Counted from the first letter of the stretch, positions 1-10,612 are shown. The stretch is 64,000 bases of DNA from Allorhizobium sp. (GCA_965283865.1 CBDIQA010000001.1:1749912-1813911); one strand, 5' to 3'. The notes: generated from the sequence alone by a model not told the origin. Made by a program: numbers and translations.

Positions 1-289
1 CACCCTCCGGCGGAGAAAACGGGCGGTCGACCACAGGTTCCGGCGCGTCGAGGTCGGACAGGTCGGCCTTCAGTTCCTCGTGGACGAGACCGGGCTGCCA
101 GTCGTCAAAGGCTTGAGGCAGTTCGTTTGTCGAAAGCCAGGCCTCCACGGGCAACCGGAAGGCAGCGATGCCCTGAAGGTAGCGGCGGTAGTCGGCGACC
201 GTCGTGAAGCCGCCCACCATCTCATCAAGTGCGGCATGGGCACCTGCTGTCGCCTGTTTCAGGGCGTCTCGACGGGGTGGCAGCAGCAT
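1..289 (-). CDS. Biliverdin-producing heme oxygenase family protein (5' part; runs off window edge)
   Basis: Manual translation from ATG at 289 (RBS AAGGAA) gives MLLPPRRDALKQATAGAHAALDEMVGGFTTVADYRRYLQG..., with the LK.AT...H..LD and .Y.RYL heme oxygenase pattern. The frame is open to position 1 and is not in the supplied ORF track. Confidence 0.7.
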   Translation of the reverse strand, partial: MLLPPRRDALKQATAGAHAALDEMVGGFTTVADYRRYLQGIAAFRLPVEAWLSTNELPQAFDDWQPGLVHEELKADLSDLDAPEPVVDRPFSPPEG

Positions 290-482
290 GGCAATTCCTT
301 TGTTCGATCGTCCCTTATATACGATGTTGCCACAGCGCCGAACAAGCCGTCATCGTATCGGGCAAAGATGATGGAGGGCCGAACGTGCCCGGCGGGCGTC
401 CTGTTCCCACTTTTACCCCCCGACCTACGTCAAACGACGTATACGGTTTTGCACTGCGGCATCGGATAGTCCCCTTCAGCAA

Positions 483-502
483 CGGTTAACACTCATTAAC
501 CG
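483..502. promoter_or_regulatory. Perfect inverted repeat CGGTTAA-N6-TTAACCG, possible regulator site upstream of urtA
   Basis: 7-bp dyad ending about 33 bp before the urtA start, in the divergent heme oxygenase/urtA intergenic region. Confidence 0.3.
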
Positions 503-535
503 ACCGGTTGCGACCAAGAAGAGGGGATCACAACA

Positions 536-1825
536 ATGTCCATGAAGATGAAACTGACAGGCGCGCTGCTCGGCGCCATGCTGTCGACGACGGCCTTCCA
601 CGGCGCATTCGCCCAGGAAGACACGATCAAGATCGGCGTTCTGCATTCGCTGTCCGGCACGATGGCGATCTCTGAAACGACGCTGAAAGACGCCATGCTG
701 ATGCTCGTAGAAGAGCAGAACAAGAAGGGTGGCGTTCTCGGCAAGAAGCTCGAAGCCGTCGTCGTCGACCCGGCTTCCGACTGGCCGCTGTTTGCCGAAA
801 AGGCCCGCGAACTGATCGAGAAGGACAAGGTTGCGGCCGTCTTCGGTTGCTGGACCTCGTCTTCCCGCAAGTCCGTTCTGCCTGTTTTCGAAGAGCTGAA
901 CTCCATCCTCTTCTACCCGGTCCAGTACGAGGGTGAAGAATCCTCGCGCAACATCTTCTACACGGGCGCTGCTCCGAACCAGCAGGCCATCCCGGCCGTC
1001 GATTATCTCGCCGAAAACGAAGGCGTCGAGCGTTGGGTTCTCGCCGGTACCGACTACGTCTATCCGCAGACGACCAACAAGATCCTCAAAGCCTATCTGA
1101 TGTCCAAGGGCGTTGCCGAAGAAGACATCATGATCAACTACACGCCGTTCGGTCATTCCGACTGGCAGACCATCGTCTCCGACATCAAGAAGTTCGGCTC
1201 GGCCGGCAAGAAGACCGCTGTCGTTTCCACCATCAATGGTGACGCCAACGTTCCGTTCTACAAGGAGCTGGGCAACCAGGGCATCAAGGCCGAAGACATC
1301 CCGGTCGTCGCCTTCTCCGTCGGTGAAGAAGAACTCGCCGGTCTCGACACCGCGCCTCTGGTAGGTCACCTCGCTGCCTGGAACTACTTCCAGTCCGTCG
1401 ATGCCCCGGTCAATGCCGAGTTCATCAAGACCTGGCATGCCTTCACCAAGAACGACAAGCGCGTGACCAACGACCCGATGGAAGCCGCCTATATCGGCTT
1501 CCAGGCCTGGGTTGCTGCCGTCGAAGCTGCCGGCACCACCGAGACCGACGCCGTTCTCGACTCGATCATCGGCGTCGCTGTTCCGAACCTCTCGGGTGGC
1601 TACTCCACAGTCATGCCGAACCACCACATCACCAAGCCGGTTCTGATCGGCGAAATCCAGGCCGACGGCCAGTTCGAAATCGTCCAGCAGACCCCGTCTG
1701 TCGTCGGTGACGAATGGTCCGACTACCTGCCGGACTCCAAGGATCTGATCTCCGATTGGCGCAAGCCGATGTCCTGCGGCAACTTCAACGTTGCCACCGG
1801 CAAGTGCGGCGGCAAGGGGAGCTGA
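536..1825 (+). CDS. urtA: Urea ABC transporter substrate-binding protein
   Basis: Signal peptide; motifs IKIGVLHSLSGTMAISE, FGCWTSSSRKSV and YPVQYEG; first gene of urt cluster adjacent to urease. Confidence 0.96.
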   Translation: MSMKMKLTGALLGAMLSTTAFHGAFAQEDTIKIGVLHSLSGTMAISETTLKDAMLMLVEEQNKKGGVLGKKLEAVVVDPASDWPLFAEKARELIEKDKVAAVFGCWTSSSRKSVLPVFEELNSILFYPVQYEGEESSRNIFYTGAAPNQQAIPAVDYLAENEGVERWVLAGTDYVYPQTTNKILKAYLMSKGVAEEDIMINYTPFGHSDWQTIVSDIKKFGSAGKKTAVVSTINGDANVPFYKELGNQGIKAEDIPVVAFSVGEEELAGLDTAPLVGHLAAWNYFQSVDAPVNAEFIKTWHAFTKNDKRVTNDPMEAAYIGFQAWVAAVEAAGTTETDAVLDSIIGVAVPNLSGGYSTVMPNHHITKPVLIGEIQADGQFEIVQQTPSVVGDEWSDYLPDSKDLISDWRKPMSCGNFNVATGKCGGKGS

Positions 1826-1839
1826 TCGGCTGTCTCCTA

Positions 1840-2025
1840 CCTCCCTCTTCAGGGGGAGGTCATCGCGCAGCGATGGGTGGGAGCGATCTTGTCTTGGTCA
1901 TCTCCCACCCCGAACCTTCGGTTCGACCCTCCCCCACAAGGGAGGGTGTTCGCAAACCGCCCATAGCGGAACTACCCCTTCTTCCCGCTCGCGGGGAGGA
2001 GGTGCCGGCAGGCGGATGAGGGGCT
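1840..2025. repeat. Cluster of GC-rich palindromic intergenic (REP/RIME-like) elements
   Basis: Hairpins CCTCCCTCTTCAGGGGGAGG, CCTCCCCCACAAGGGAGGG and CCCCTTCTTCCCGCTCGCGGGGAGGAGGTGCCGGCAGGCGGATGAGGGG; related copies at 5611-5740. Confidence 0.7.
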
Positions 2026-2064
2026 TTTCGAGCTCCGCCGCCCCGCCAACCGGGGGACAACAGA

Positions 2065-3669
2065 ATGCTTATCCGTTTCATCACACTCGCCTTCCTATTC
2101 CTTTCCTTCGCCGCGCCTTCCTTCGCGCAGAGCGATCCCAAAGATCTCATCAACGCTCTCGGAAAAGCCAATTTCAAGCAGGCCGAAGAATTGCTCGGGC
2201 AGATCGCGGCCACCGCCGATCCCCGGGTCGTGCCGGCGCTCGAAGCTTTTGCAGAGGGTGATCTCTATGTCCGCAAGTCGGACAATCAGGTGTTCATCAC
2301 CAAGCCTGCCGGCAGCAATCTTGCCGCCATCGATCCGCTGACGGGCGAGACTGTTGCAGAGGAGCCAAAGGGCGCCTTCACAAAGGTCAAGGTCAACAAT
2401 AGTTTGCGCCGCGCTATCCGTTCGGCGCTTGGCGGCTTGACGCTGCTCAGCCCTGATCGCAGTGTCCGGCTCGCGGCCGCACAGGCGGTGCTTCAATCGC
2501 CGAGCGCCGAGAACCTCGACCTCGTCGAGGCTGCCCTCGCCACCGAACAGGACCGGGAAGTCAAGGCGCGCATGGAAGAAGCACGCGCCGTTTCGGTGCT
2601 CGCGTCCGACCGTTCCGCAGACGAAAAGCGTGCCGCCATCGACACCGTTGCCTCGCTTGGCGGGCGCGAAGCGATCGGCATCCTGATGTCCGTCTCCTCC
2701 ACCATCGATGAAAGCCTGAAGCCCGATCTCGACGCGGCGATTACCGGGCTCGAGGGGCAGTTGCTGTTCTGGGATGGCGCGCAGAACGTCTGGTACGGCA
2801 TTTCGCTCGGCTCGGTGCTGCTGCTCGCGGCCATCGGCCTTGCCATCACCTTCGGCGTCATGGGCATCATCAACATGGCGCATGGCGAGATGGTGATGAT
2901 CGGGGCCTATTCCACCTTCATGGTGCAGCAGGTGATCCGCACCAGCTATCCGGATCTCTTCGATTGGTCGCTGGCGATCGCCTTGCCGGTTGCCTTCCTG
3001 GTGACGGCCGCGATCGGGCTTGTGATCGAGCGCGGTGTCATCCGCTTCCTCTATGGCCGGCCGCTTGAGACGCTGCTCGCTACCTGGGGCATTTCGCTCA
3101 TCCTCCAGCAGACGATCCGCACGATCTTCGGACCCACCAACCAGGAAGTCGGTAACCCGTCCTGGATGTCCGGCTCGTTCGCGCTGGGTGGCATGACGAT
3201 CACCTGGAACCGCATGTGGATCGTGCTCTTCTCGCTCACCATCTTCTTTGCGCTGCTCGCGCTGATGAAGAAGTCCGCCTTCGGCCTGCAGATGCGTGCG
3301 GTCACCCAAAACCGCCGCATGGCGTCTTCCATGGGTATTCGAACCCCCTGGGTCGATGCCTTCACCTTCGCGCTCGGCTCGGGCATTGCCGGTATTGCCG
3401 GGGTGGCGCTCAGCCAGATCGACAACGTCTCGCCCAATCTCGGCCAGGGCTACATCATCGACAGTTTCATGGTCGTGGTGTTCGGCGGCGTCGGCAATCT
3501 CTGGGGCACGCTGGTTGGTGCCTTGTCGCTCGGCATCCTCAACAAGTTCCTCGAACCTTCGGTCGGCGCCGTGCTCGGCAAGATCCTCGTGCTCGTCCTG
3601 ATCATCCTCTTCATCCAGAAAAGACCGCGCGGCCTGTTCGCGCTCAAGGGAAGGGCGGTGGAAGCATGA
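2065..3669 (+). CDS. urtB: Urea ABC transporter permease with N-terminal periplasmic helical domain
   Basis: Motifs GLAITFGVMGIINMAHGE and LYGRPLETLLATWG; operon position. Confidence 0.95.
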   Translation: MLIRFITLAFLFLSFAAPSFAQSDPKDLINALGKANFKQAEELLGQIAATADPRVVPALEAFAEGDLYVRKSDNQVFITKPAGSNLAAIDPLTGETVAEEPKGAFTKVKVNNSLRRAIRSALGGLTLLSPDRSVRLAAAQAVLQSPSAENLDLVEAALATEQDREVKARMEEARAVSVLASDRSADEKRAAIDTVASLGGREAIGILMSVSSTIDESLKPDLDAAITGLEGQLLFWDGAQNVWYGISLGSVLLLAAIGLAITFGVMGIINMAHGEMVMIGAYSTFMVQQVIRTSYPDLFDWSLAIALPVAFLVTAAIGLVIERGVIRFLYGRPLETLLATWGISLILQQTIRTIFGPTNQEVGNPSWMSGSFALGGMTITWNRMWIVLFSLTIFFALLALMKKSAFGLQMRAVTQNRRMASSMGIRTPWVDAFTFALGSGIAGIAGVALSQIDNVSPNLGQGYIIDSFMVVVFGGVGNLWGTLVGALSLGILNKFLEPSVGAVLGKILVLVLIILFIQKRPRGLFALKGRAVEA

Positions 3670-4836
3670 TTACCGGCTTCATCTTACGCGCACTCGAAGG
3701 CAAGATCCTCATTGCCGCCGGCATCCTCATCGCCTTCGCATTGCTTATTCCGGCGCTTAATCTGCTCACCCCGCCCGATAGCGCTCTGCATGTGCCGACC
3801 TATGTCATGTCGCTGCTCGGCAAGTATCTCTGCTATGCGCTGCTGGCGCTGGCACTCGATCTCGTCTGGGGCTATTGCGGCATCCTCTCGCTCGGCCACG
3901 GCGCCTTCTTCGCGCTCGGCGGCTATGCGATGGGCATGTATCTCATGCGCCAGATCGGTTCCCGCGGTGTTTACGGCGATCCCATCCTGCCCGACTTCAT
4001 GGTCTTCCTGAACTGGAAGGAACTGCCGTGGTTCTGGTACGGCATGGATATGTTCCCCGTCGCCATGGCGATGGTGCTGATCGTTCCCGGCCTGCTCGCC
4101 TTCGTCTTCGGCTGGTTCGCCTTCCGCTCCCGCGTCAACGGCGTCTATCTCTCGATCATCACCCAGGCGATGACCTATGCGCTGCTGCTCGCTTTCTTTC
4201 GCAACGACATGGGTTTCGGCGGCAATAACGGCCTGACCGACTACAAGGAGATCCTCGGCTTCTCCGTTCAGGCGGATGGCACGCGTGCCGTGCTCTTTGC
4301 GCTCTCGGCGATCTTCCTCGCGATTTGCCTCGTCATTGCATCCGGCATTACCCGGTCGAAGTTCGGCAAGGTGCTGCTCGGCGGTGCGCGATGCGGAAAG
4401 CCGCGTGCGCTTTCTCGGCTACCGGGTCGAGAACATCAAGCTCTTCACTTTCGTCGTCTCGGCGATGATGGCGGGCATTGCCGGCGCGCTCTTTGTACCG
4501 CAGGTCGGCATTATCAATCCGGGTGAATTCGATCCGGCCAATTCCATCGAAGTGGTCGTCTGGGCCGCTGTCGGCGGACGCGGCACGCTGATCGGGCCGA
4601 TCATCGGCGCGATCCTCGTCAATGTCGGCAAGAGCTATTTTACCGGTGCCTTCCCCGACCTCTGGCTGTTCGCGCTGGGTGGCCTCTTCATCTTCGTCAC
4701 GCTCTTCCTGCCCAAGGGCATCGTCGGCACCGTCCAGGCCTATCTCGCGAAGCGCAAGGACTATGCCCGCGAGGCGGACAAAGATGCGGCGAACAACGAC
4801 GTGAAACCCCAATCGGCCCCTGTTGCTGCGGAGTGA
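3666..4836 (+). CDS. urtC: Urea ABC transporter permease, split by a +1 frameshift near 4383
   Basis: The N-half ([18 protein letters not shown]) and the C-half ([23 protein letters not shown]) are in different frames; removing one G in CTCGGCGGTGCGC restores VLLGVRDAESR. Confidence 0.9.
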
Positions 4837-4840
4837 AGTG

Positions 4841-5596
4841 ATGAGCGACCAGACGACGTCCAGCCTGCTCTATCTCAACGGCGTCTCCGTTTCCTTCGAC
4901 GGCTTCAAGGCGCTGAACTCGCTGTCCTTCATCGTCGAACCCGGCGAGCTTCGCGCGATCATCGGCCCGAACGGCGCCGGCAAGACGACGATGATGGACA
5001 TCATCACGGGCAAGACGCGGCCCGACAGCGGCGAAGTCTTCTTCGACGGTGGAAAGATCGACCTCACCAAGAAGGACGAGGCCGAGATTGCCCAGCTCGG
5101 GATCGGCCGCAAGTTCCAGAAGCCGACGGTGTTCGAAAGCCATACCGTCTGGGACAATCTGGAACTGGCGCTCAACCGCAAGCGCGGTGTCTTTGCGACG
5201 CTCTTCTATCGGCTGACGGCTGAAGACAAGGCGCGCATTGAGGAGATCCTCGAGACGGTTCGTCTAACACATCGCAAGGATGAACTCGCCGCCAATCTTT
5301 CGCATGGCCAGAAGCAGTGGCTGGAAATCGGCATGCTGCTCGCTCAGGAGCCGAAGCTTCTGCTCGTCGACGAGCCCGTTGCCGGCATGACCGATGCCGA
5401 GACGGCGGAGACGGCCATTCTCCTCAAGGAAATCGCCAAGACCCGGTCGGTCGTCGTCGTCGAACACGACATGGGCTTCATCCGCGATCTCGGGGTGAAG
5501 GTGACGTGTCTCGCGGAAGGCTCGGTGCTGGCGGAGGGCTCGATCGATTTCGTCTCGAACGACCAGAAGGTCATCGAGAATTATCTGGGGCGGTGA
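4841..5596 (+). CDS. urtD: Urea ABC transporter ATP-binding protein
   Basis: Walker A GPNGAGKT, LSHGQKQWLEIG, LLLVDEP. Confidence 0.95.
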   Translation: MSDQTTSSLLYLNGVSVSFDGFKALNSLSFIVEPGELRAIIGPNGAGKTTMMDIITGKTRPDSGEVFFDGGKIDLTKKDEAEIAQLGIGRKFQKPTVFESHTVWDNLELALNRKRGVFATLFYRLTAEDKARIEEILETVRLTHRKDELAANLSHGQKQWLEIGMLLAQEPKLLLVDEPVAGMTDAETAETAILLKEIAKTRSVVVVEHDMGFIRDLGVKVTCLAEGSVLAEGSIDFVSNDQKVIENYLGR

Positions 5597-5610
5597 TGGC
5601 CAGGCTTTTT

Positions 5611-5740
5611 CCCCTCCCCAACCCCTCCCCACAAGGGGGAGGGGCTGTCTCCGCCTTCGGGCTCGGAGATTGGGGCAAGCGCTATCGGTTCGGTCTCTCC
5701 CCCCTTGTGGGGGAGATGGCCGGCAGGCCAGAGGGGGTAT
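5611..5740. repeat. GC-rich palindromic intergenic (REP/RIME-like) element pair
   Basis: CCCCTCCCCACAAGGGGGAGGGG and CTCTCCCCCCTTGTGGGGGAGATGGCCGGCAGGCCAGAGGGGG; same family as 1840-2025. Confidence 0.7.
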
Positions 5741-5768
5741 TTTTCTTGCTCATTCGGGGGACAAACCC

Positions 5769-6464
5769 ATGCTGACAGTCGAAAACGTCAATCTGCACTA
5801 CGGTGCCGCCCAGGCCCTCCGAGGCGTTTCCATCAATGCCGAGATGGGCAAGATCACCTGTGTGCTCGGCCGAAACGGGGTCGGGAAGTCGTCGCTGCTC
5901 CGCGCCATCACCGGCCAGCATGCGGTGTCGGCTGGTACAATCACCTTCAATGGCACCAAGCTCAACGGCATGGCGCCGTTCAACCGAGCGCGGACGGGTG
6001 TCGGTTATGTGCCGCAGGGTCGTGAAATCTTTCCGCTTCTGACCGTTAGGGAAAACCTCGAGACCGGCTATGCGCCGCTCGACCGCAGGGACCGCTTCAT
6101 TCCGGATGATATCTTCGCGCTCTTCCCGGTCTTGGATACGATGCTGTCGCGGCGCGGGGGTGACCTTTCCGGTGGGCAGCAGCAACAACTGGCGATCGGC
6201 CGGGCCATGGTGACGCGGCCGAAGATCCTGGTGCTGGACGAGCCGACCGAAGGCATCCAGCCGTCGATCATCAAGGATATTGGCAGGGCGATCCGTTATC
6301 TGCGCGACACGACCGGCATGGCGATCCTGCTGGTCGAGCAATATCTCGATTTCTGCCGGGAGCTCGCCGATCACGTTTACATCATGGATCGCGGCGAGAT
6401 CGTGCACCAGGGGGCGGCCGAGACGCTGGATACGCCGGAAGCGCGGCGTCACCTGACCGTGTGA
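5769..6464 (+). CDS. urtE: Urea ABC transporter ATP-binding protein
   Basis: GRNGVGKS, LSGGQQQQLAIGRA, LDEPTEGIQP; start MLTVENV with RBS GGGGA. Confidence 0.95.
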   Translation: MLTVENVNLHYGAAQALRGVSINAEMGKITCVLGRNGVGKSSLLRAITGQHAVSAGTITFNGTKLNGMAPFNRARTGVGYVPQGREIFPLLTVRENLETGYAPLDRRDRFIPDDIFALFPVLDTMLSRRGGDLSGGQQQQLAIGRAMVTRPKILVLDEPTEGIQPSIIKDIGRAIRYLRDTTGMAILLVEQYLDFCRELADHVYIMDRGEIVHQGAAETLDTPEARRHLTV

Positions 6465-6561
6465 TTTTGCAAGACAGGGTTGATGATTTATTAGCGAAGT
6501 CGGGTTGATGCTGGGGACACGCGTGGTATTGAACGCGCATCTGCAAACAGAAGGCACATCC

Positions 6562-7689
6562 ATGACATCCAGCACGGTATCTCACCGCGCTCGGGCGAGC
6601 GTATTTGCTCGTGCGGTCGCGGGGCTCTTTCTCTTCGGCTTTTCGGCAGTCGCCGCCGAAGCGGCCAGCTGCGGCGACATCGTCCAGCCTGGTCAGCACA
6701 GTGTGACATTTCAGTCCGGCGGGATCACCCGGGAGGCGGTCTATGTCATTCCGACCAGCTATTCGGGCAAGAAAAAACTCCCGCTGGTCCTCGATTTCCA
6801 CGGTTCGAACAGCAATCCCACGGTGCAGTTGAAGCGCAGTCATTGGGACGAGGTCGCCGAGCGCGAAGGTTTCGTGGTGATGGCGCTGGCCGGCAGCCTG
6901 AAGGGCGAATTGCCCAATACCCATGCCTGGAACGTGCCGGGTGTGACGGCAGGCGAGGGCGCAGATGAATCTGTCGCCATCCGCGATGCGGTGAAGCTCG
7001 CCAAGGATACACTCTGCATCGATGCCACCAAGGTTTATGCCTCGGGCTATTCCGGCGGCGGGCGCATGCTGTCGCAGTATATCTGCAATGGCTTCGGTGA
7101 CTTTGCCGCTGCCGGCTTCGTCATGGGCCTGCGCGCCGGTACGCCGGTCGAGGAGAACGGTGTCTGGCAGCCGCGGCGGGAAAGCTGCCAGCCGAGTCGG
7201 CCGGTGTCGATCATCGCCTTCTCGGGCAAGAAGGATCACGTCAATCCGTTCGAAGGCGGTGGCCGGGCCTATTGGCGTTATGGCGGCGAGGTCGCCCTCA
7301 ACCGCTGGGCCGAGCTGAATGGTTGCGAGACGCGGGCCTCGCTTGAGACCGGCGAAAATGCCGACGTGGCGACCTATGCAGGCTGCCGTGCCGGCACCAG
7401 TGTCGTCTCCTATGTGATTGCCAGCGCCGACCACGCCTGGCCAGCCCGCACGGTCCGCTTCCGCCTCGCCTCCAATGGCGACAAGGCGATCCGCGAGGTT
7501 GATGCGACCGATAGAATGTGGGAATTCTTCAAGGCCGCGGGCGGCGAGATGATTGCGACAGTCGCGGTTGAGAATGCCTGCGGCGACAAACAGAAAACCG
7601 CCGCGATCAGCGATGGCGGGCAGGGGACAAGGTGCAGCCCATCCAGCAAACCAGACAGCAACGCGCCGTTGGTGTCGGACGACTTGTGA
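6562..7689 (+). CDS. Exported alpha/beta-hydrolase (PHB depolymerase/LpqC-like esterase)
   Basis: Signal peptide ending AAEAA; motifs [14 protein letters not shown] nucleophile elbow, HAWP and ATDRMWEFF. Confidence 0.8.
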   Translation: MTSSTVSHRARASVFARAVAGLFLFGFSAVAAEAASCGDIVQPGQHSVTFQSGGITREAVYVIPTSYSGKKKLPLVLDFHGSNSNPTVQLKRSHWDEVAEREGFVVMALAGSLKGELPNTHAWNVPGVTAGEGADESVAIRDAVKLAKDTLCIDATKVYASGYSGGGRMLSQYICNGFGDFAAAGFVMGLRAGTPVEENGVWQPRRESCQPSRPVSIIAFSGKKDHVNPFEGGGRAYWRYGGEVALNRWAELNGCETRASLETGENADVATYAGCRAGTSVVSYVIASADHAWPARTVRFRLASNGDKAIREVDATDRMWEFFKAAGGEMIATVAVENACGDKQKTAAISDGGQGTRCSPSSKPDSNAPLVSDDL

Positions 7690-8450
7690 CGAAGTCGCTC
7701 GGCGGGCGCACGCGCATCGCCGAGCTTTATCAGGAGGGTGCGGCGAAGATCCGCCTTCCCGAAACCTTCAGCGACGAGCTTGAGGCCGTCATTATCAACA
7801 CCGCCGGCGGCATCACCGGTGGTGACCAGTTCGACTGGAATTTCAGAGCCGGTCCCGGTTGCTTTCTGACCGCGACCACGCAGGCTTGCGAGAAGATCTA
7901 CAAGGCCTCTGCCGGTACCGGCCAGATCACCACGCGCATCGAGGTGGGCGAGGGCGCCCGCATGCATTGGCTGCCGCAGGAAAGCATTCTCTTCGACAAC
8001 GCATCGCTGACGCGCCGGCTGGAGGTCGACCTCGCCGAGGACACCGAATTCTTAGGTGTCGAGGCGATCCTGCTCGGGCGCAAGGCCATGGGCGAGGCGA
8101 TGAATGCCGGTCTGGTTCGTGACCGCTGGCGGATCCGCCGTGGGGGTGAGCTTTTGCATGCCGAAGAGCTGAAGCTTGAGGGGGATGTCGCAAACCTCGT
8201 TGCGTCTCCGGCGGTGTTGGCCGGGCGCGTTGCCTTCGCCACGCTGATCCTCGTCAGCCCACGTGCCGAGGCGCTGATCCGCCCAATTCGTGAGCATATC
8301 GGTGAAGAAATGGGCGGCGTAAGTCATTGGCAAGGCAAGCTTGTTGCCCGTGTGGCCGCCCCTGACGGCTTTGCCTTGAGAAAAATCCTGTTGCCCGTCA
8401 TTTCGGCCTTGCGCGGGGGCGCGTCTGTGCCAAAAGTCTGGAATCTCTGA
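7632..8450 (+). CDS. ureD: Urease accessory protein UreD
   Basis: [39 protein letters not shown]; GTG start with RBS GGGGA. Confidence 0.93.
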   Translation: MQPIQQTRQQRAVGVGRLVTKSLGGRTRIAELYQEGAAKIRLPETFSDELEAVIINTAGGITGGDQFDWNFRAGPGCFLTATTQACEKIYKASAGTGQITTRIEVGEGARMHWLPQESILFDNASLTRRLEVDLAEDTEFLGVEAILLGRKAMGEAMNAGLVRDRWRIRRGGELLHAEELKLEGDVANLVASPAVLAGRVAFATLILVSPRAEALIRPIREHIGEEMGGVSHWQGKLVARVAAPDGFALRKILLPVISALRGGASVPKVWNL

Positions 8451-8472
8451 CGATCACGCCATTGGAGCACGC

Positions 8473-8775
8473 ATGAATCTGACGCCGCGGGAAAAGGACA
8501 AACTGCTGATCGCGATGGCCGCCATGGTGGCCCGGCGCCGGCTGGAACGGGGCGTGAAGCTCAACTATCCGGAAGCGATTGCGCTGATCACCGACTTCGT
8601 TGTCGAAGGTGCCCGTGACGGGCGTATGGTGGCAGATCTCATGGAGGCAGGCGCCCATGTCATCACCCGCGATCAGGTGATGGAGGGTATTGCCGAGATG
8701 ATCCACGACGTGCAGATCGAGGCGACCTTCCCCGATGGCACGAAGCTCGTGACCGTGCACGAACCCATCCGCTGA
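8473..8775 (+). CDS. ureA: Urease gamma subunit
   Basis: [11 protein letters not shown]...[17 protein letters not shown]. Confidence 0.98.
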   Translation: MNLTPREKDKLLIAMAAMVARRRLERGVKLNYPEAIALITDFVVEGARDGRMVADLMEAGAHVITRDQVMEGIAEMIHDVQIEATFPDGTKLVTVHEPIR

Positions 8776-8785
8776 GGACCTGAAC

Positions 8786-9040
8786 ATGGCGCTGGAACTT
8801 CGACCCAATTGCGAGTGCTGCGACAAGGACCTGCCGCCGGAGAGCCTGGCGATGATCTGCAGCTTCGAATGCACCTATTGTGCCGATTGTGCCGAGACCA
8901 CGCTTGCCGGCATCTGCCCGAACTGCGGCGGCGAACTGGTGCGCCGGCCGGTGCGTCCGGCTGCCAAGCTCGCCAATAATCCGGCGTCTACCAAACGTGT
9001 CCTCAAGGCCGAGGGCTGCCAGCCTTCGCGCGCTGCCTGA
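8786..9040 (+). CDS. DUF1272 Cys-rich urease-associated protein
   Basis: [35 protein letters not shown]. Confidence 0.88.
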   Translation: MALELRPNCECCDKDLPPESLAMICSFECTYCADCAETTLAGICPNCGGELVRRPVRPAAKLANNPASTKRVLKAEGCQPSRAA

Positions 9041-9060
9041 ACCTGCTCAAGGAGAGATCG

Positions 9061-9366
9061 ATGATCCCAGGTGAAATCATTGCCGCGCCAGGCGAAATCG
9101 AACTGAATGCCGGCCATCCGACCGTGACGATCGAAGTCTCCAACACCGGCGACCGGCCGGTGCAGGTCGGCAGCCACTATCATTTCTACGAGACCAATGC
9201 CGGGTTGCTCTTCGAGCGTGAACAGGCGCGTGGCATGCGGCTCGACATTCCGGCAGGAACTGCCGTGCGCTTCGAGCCGGGGCAGACACGGCAGGTGACG
9301 CTCATCCCTCTGTCAGGCAAGCGCGAGGTCTATGGCTTCCGCCAGCAGGTCATGGGCGGCCTCTGA
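9061..9366 (+). CDS. ureB: Urease beta subunit
   Basis: [35 protein letters not shown]. Confidence 0.98.
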   Translation: MIPGEIIAAPGEIELNAGHPTVTIEVSNTGDRPVQVGSHYHFYETNAGLLFEREQARGMRLDIPAGTAVRFEPGQTRQVTLIPLSGKREVYGFRQQVMGGL

Positions 9367-9384
9367 CATGCAGCGATCGGGGGC

Positions 9385-9825
9385 GTGGCCATGGGGCGAG
9401 CGATGAACTGGAGCATGATGCTGATGCTCTGTGGCTGCGTCTTGCTGAAAGACGCGCCGGCATCGAGCGAGGACGTGCGCCCCGTCGACTGCAGCAATGC
9501 CCAGACCCAGGCCGACATGAACCAGTGCGCGGCTGATGACTACCGCAAAGCCGATGCCGCGATGAATGCCCAATGGGCTGAGACGCGTGCAGCCATGCTG
9601 TCATGGGACAAGGCGTCGCCAGCCTCCGACAATAACGGCGCTGCCAAGCGGCTGCTCGCTTCCCAACGTGCCTGGCTCGCCTATCGAGACGCGGCTTGCG
9701 ACGTGGAGGGCTACTCGGTCGAGGGCGGTTCGATGCAGCCGCTGATCGTCTCGTCGTGCCTTGCGGAACTGACGACGCGTCGTACGGAAGAACTGAAGAG
9801 CCTGGGATCGCTCTACAACAACTGA
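9385..9825 (+). CDS. Lysozyme inhibitor LprI (DUF1311) family exported protein; start uncertain
   Basis: DCSNAQTQADMNQCA, LLASQRAWLAYRDAAC, CLAELTTRRTEEL. Confidence 0.85.
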   Translation: MAMGRAMNWSMMLMLCGCVLLKDAPASSEDVRPVDCSNAQTQADMNQCAADDYRKADAAMNAQWAETRAAMLSWDKASPASDNNGAAKRLLASQRAWLAYRDAACDVEGYSVEGGSMQPLIVSSCLAELTTRRTEELKSLGSLYNN

Positions 9826-9854
9826 ACCCGTGGTGGTGCCTGAGAGAGCTATTG

Positions 9855-10607
9855 ATGACGCACGAACACCTGCTCTTCATTCCGAGAAAAGCAAAGATCG
9901 CGATTACCGTAATCGCGCTCTGCGTGTTCTGTGCATCCGTTCTCGTTGTGCTCCTGTTCCTGCGGGATATCGACAAGAACGGAGCTGTCTCCACGGCCTT
10001 GACGCTCGCTCAAACCGCAGTCGCCGGACTGTCCGTTATTGCCATCATCTTCTACACGAAGTTCACGGTCGACATTTCTGATCTCAAGCGCCGAAACTCG
10101 CAATTTCTGACCGCCGAATTGCCGAAAGCGATGGAGATCATCGAGTATCAGGAACCTGACTTCGTCGAGATCGACAGCGGTTACCAGTCTCTGCCGGTCA
10201 GTTCGAAGGTCGTGCTCAAGATCCGACACAGCCGGGATACCCATTATTGCAACTACATCATCGAGGCTTACGGTACCGCGCAGCGTGTCTATGTGCAGGT
10301 GAACGTGAAACGTATGGTCGTCTCGTACTTTCTCGACTGCGCGTCCCTCGATGACGAAGAGATGAAGAGCCGGCTGAGTTATGTGGTCAGTGCTGCCGAG
10401 ACTGCCGGCTACCGCTATGAGTACAGCCGAGTCCACGACAGCGCTGAGGACGGCGTTACCATCCAGCTTCGGCTGTTCCGTGATCTCTCCGATGAGTTTC
10501 TCGTGAGCCCCGCAGAGCGTCTCTTCGTTGCCAATGACTTTGCCAGCATGACGCGGTCTCTCATCCGCGCTCTTCCCAAGACAACCGCCCTCTCCCAAGG
10601 AGCCTGA
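9855..10607 (+). CDS. Hypothetical protein with two N-terminal TM helices and a soluble C-terminal domain
   Basis: 250-codon ORF filling the gap before ureC; hydrophobic segments [22 protein letters not shown] and [21 protein letters not shown]. Confidence 0.7.
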   Translation: MTHEHLLFIPRKAKIAITVIALCVFCASVLVVLLFLRDIDKNGAVSTALTLAQTAVAGLSVIAIIFYTKFTVDISDLKRRNSQFLTAELPKAMEIIEYQEPDFVEIDSGYQSLPVSSKVVLKIRHSRDTHYCNYIIEAYGTAQRVYVQVNVKRMVVSYFLDCASLDDEEMKSRLSYVVSAAETAGYRYEYSRVHDSAEDGVTIQLRLFRDLSDEFLVSPAERLFVANDFASMTRSLIRALPKTTALSQGA

Positions 10608-10612
10608 GACCC

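Noticed and set aside
486-500. CtrA box upstream of urtA
   Set aside because: The TTAA half-sites are separated by 6 nt, not 7; kept only as a generic dyad.
4370-4390. Programmed ribosomal frameshifting in urtC and the other split genes
   Set aside because: No slippery heptamers are present, and the widespread indel pattern is better explained by sequence error.
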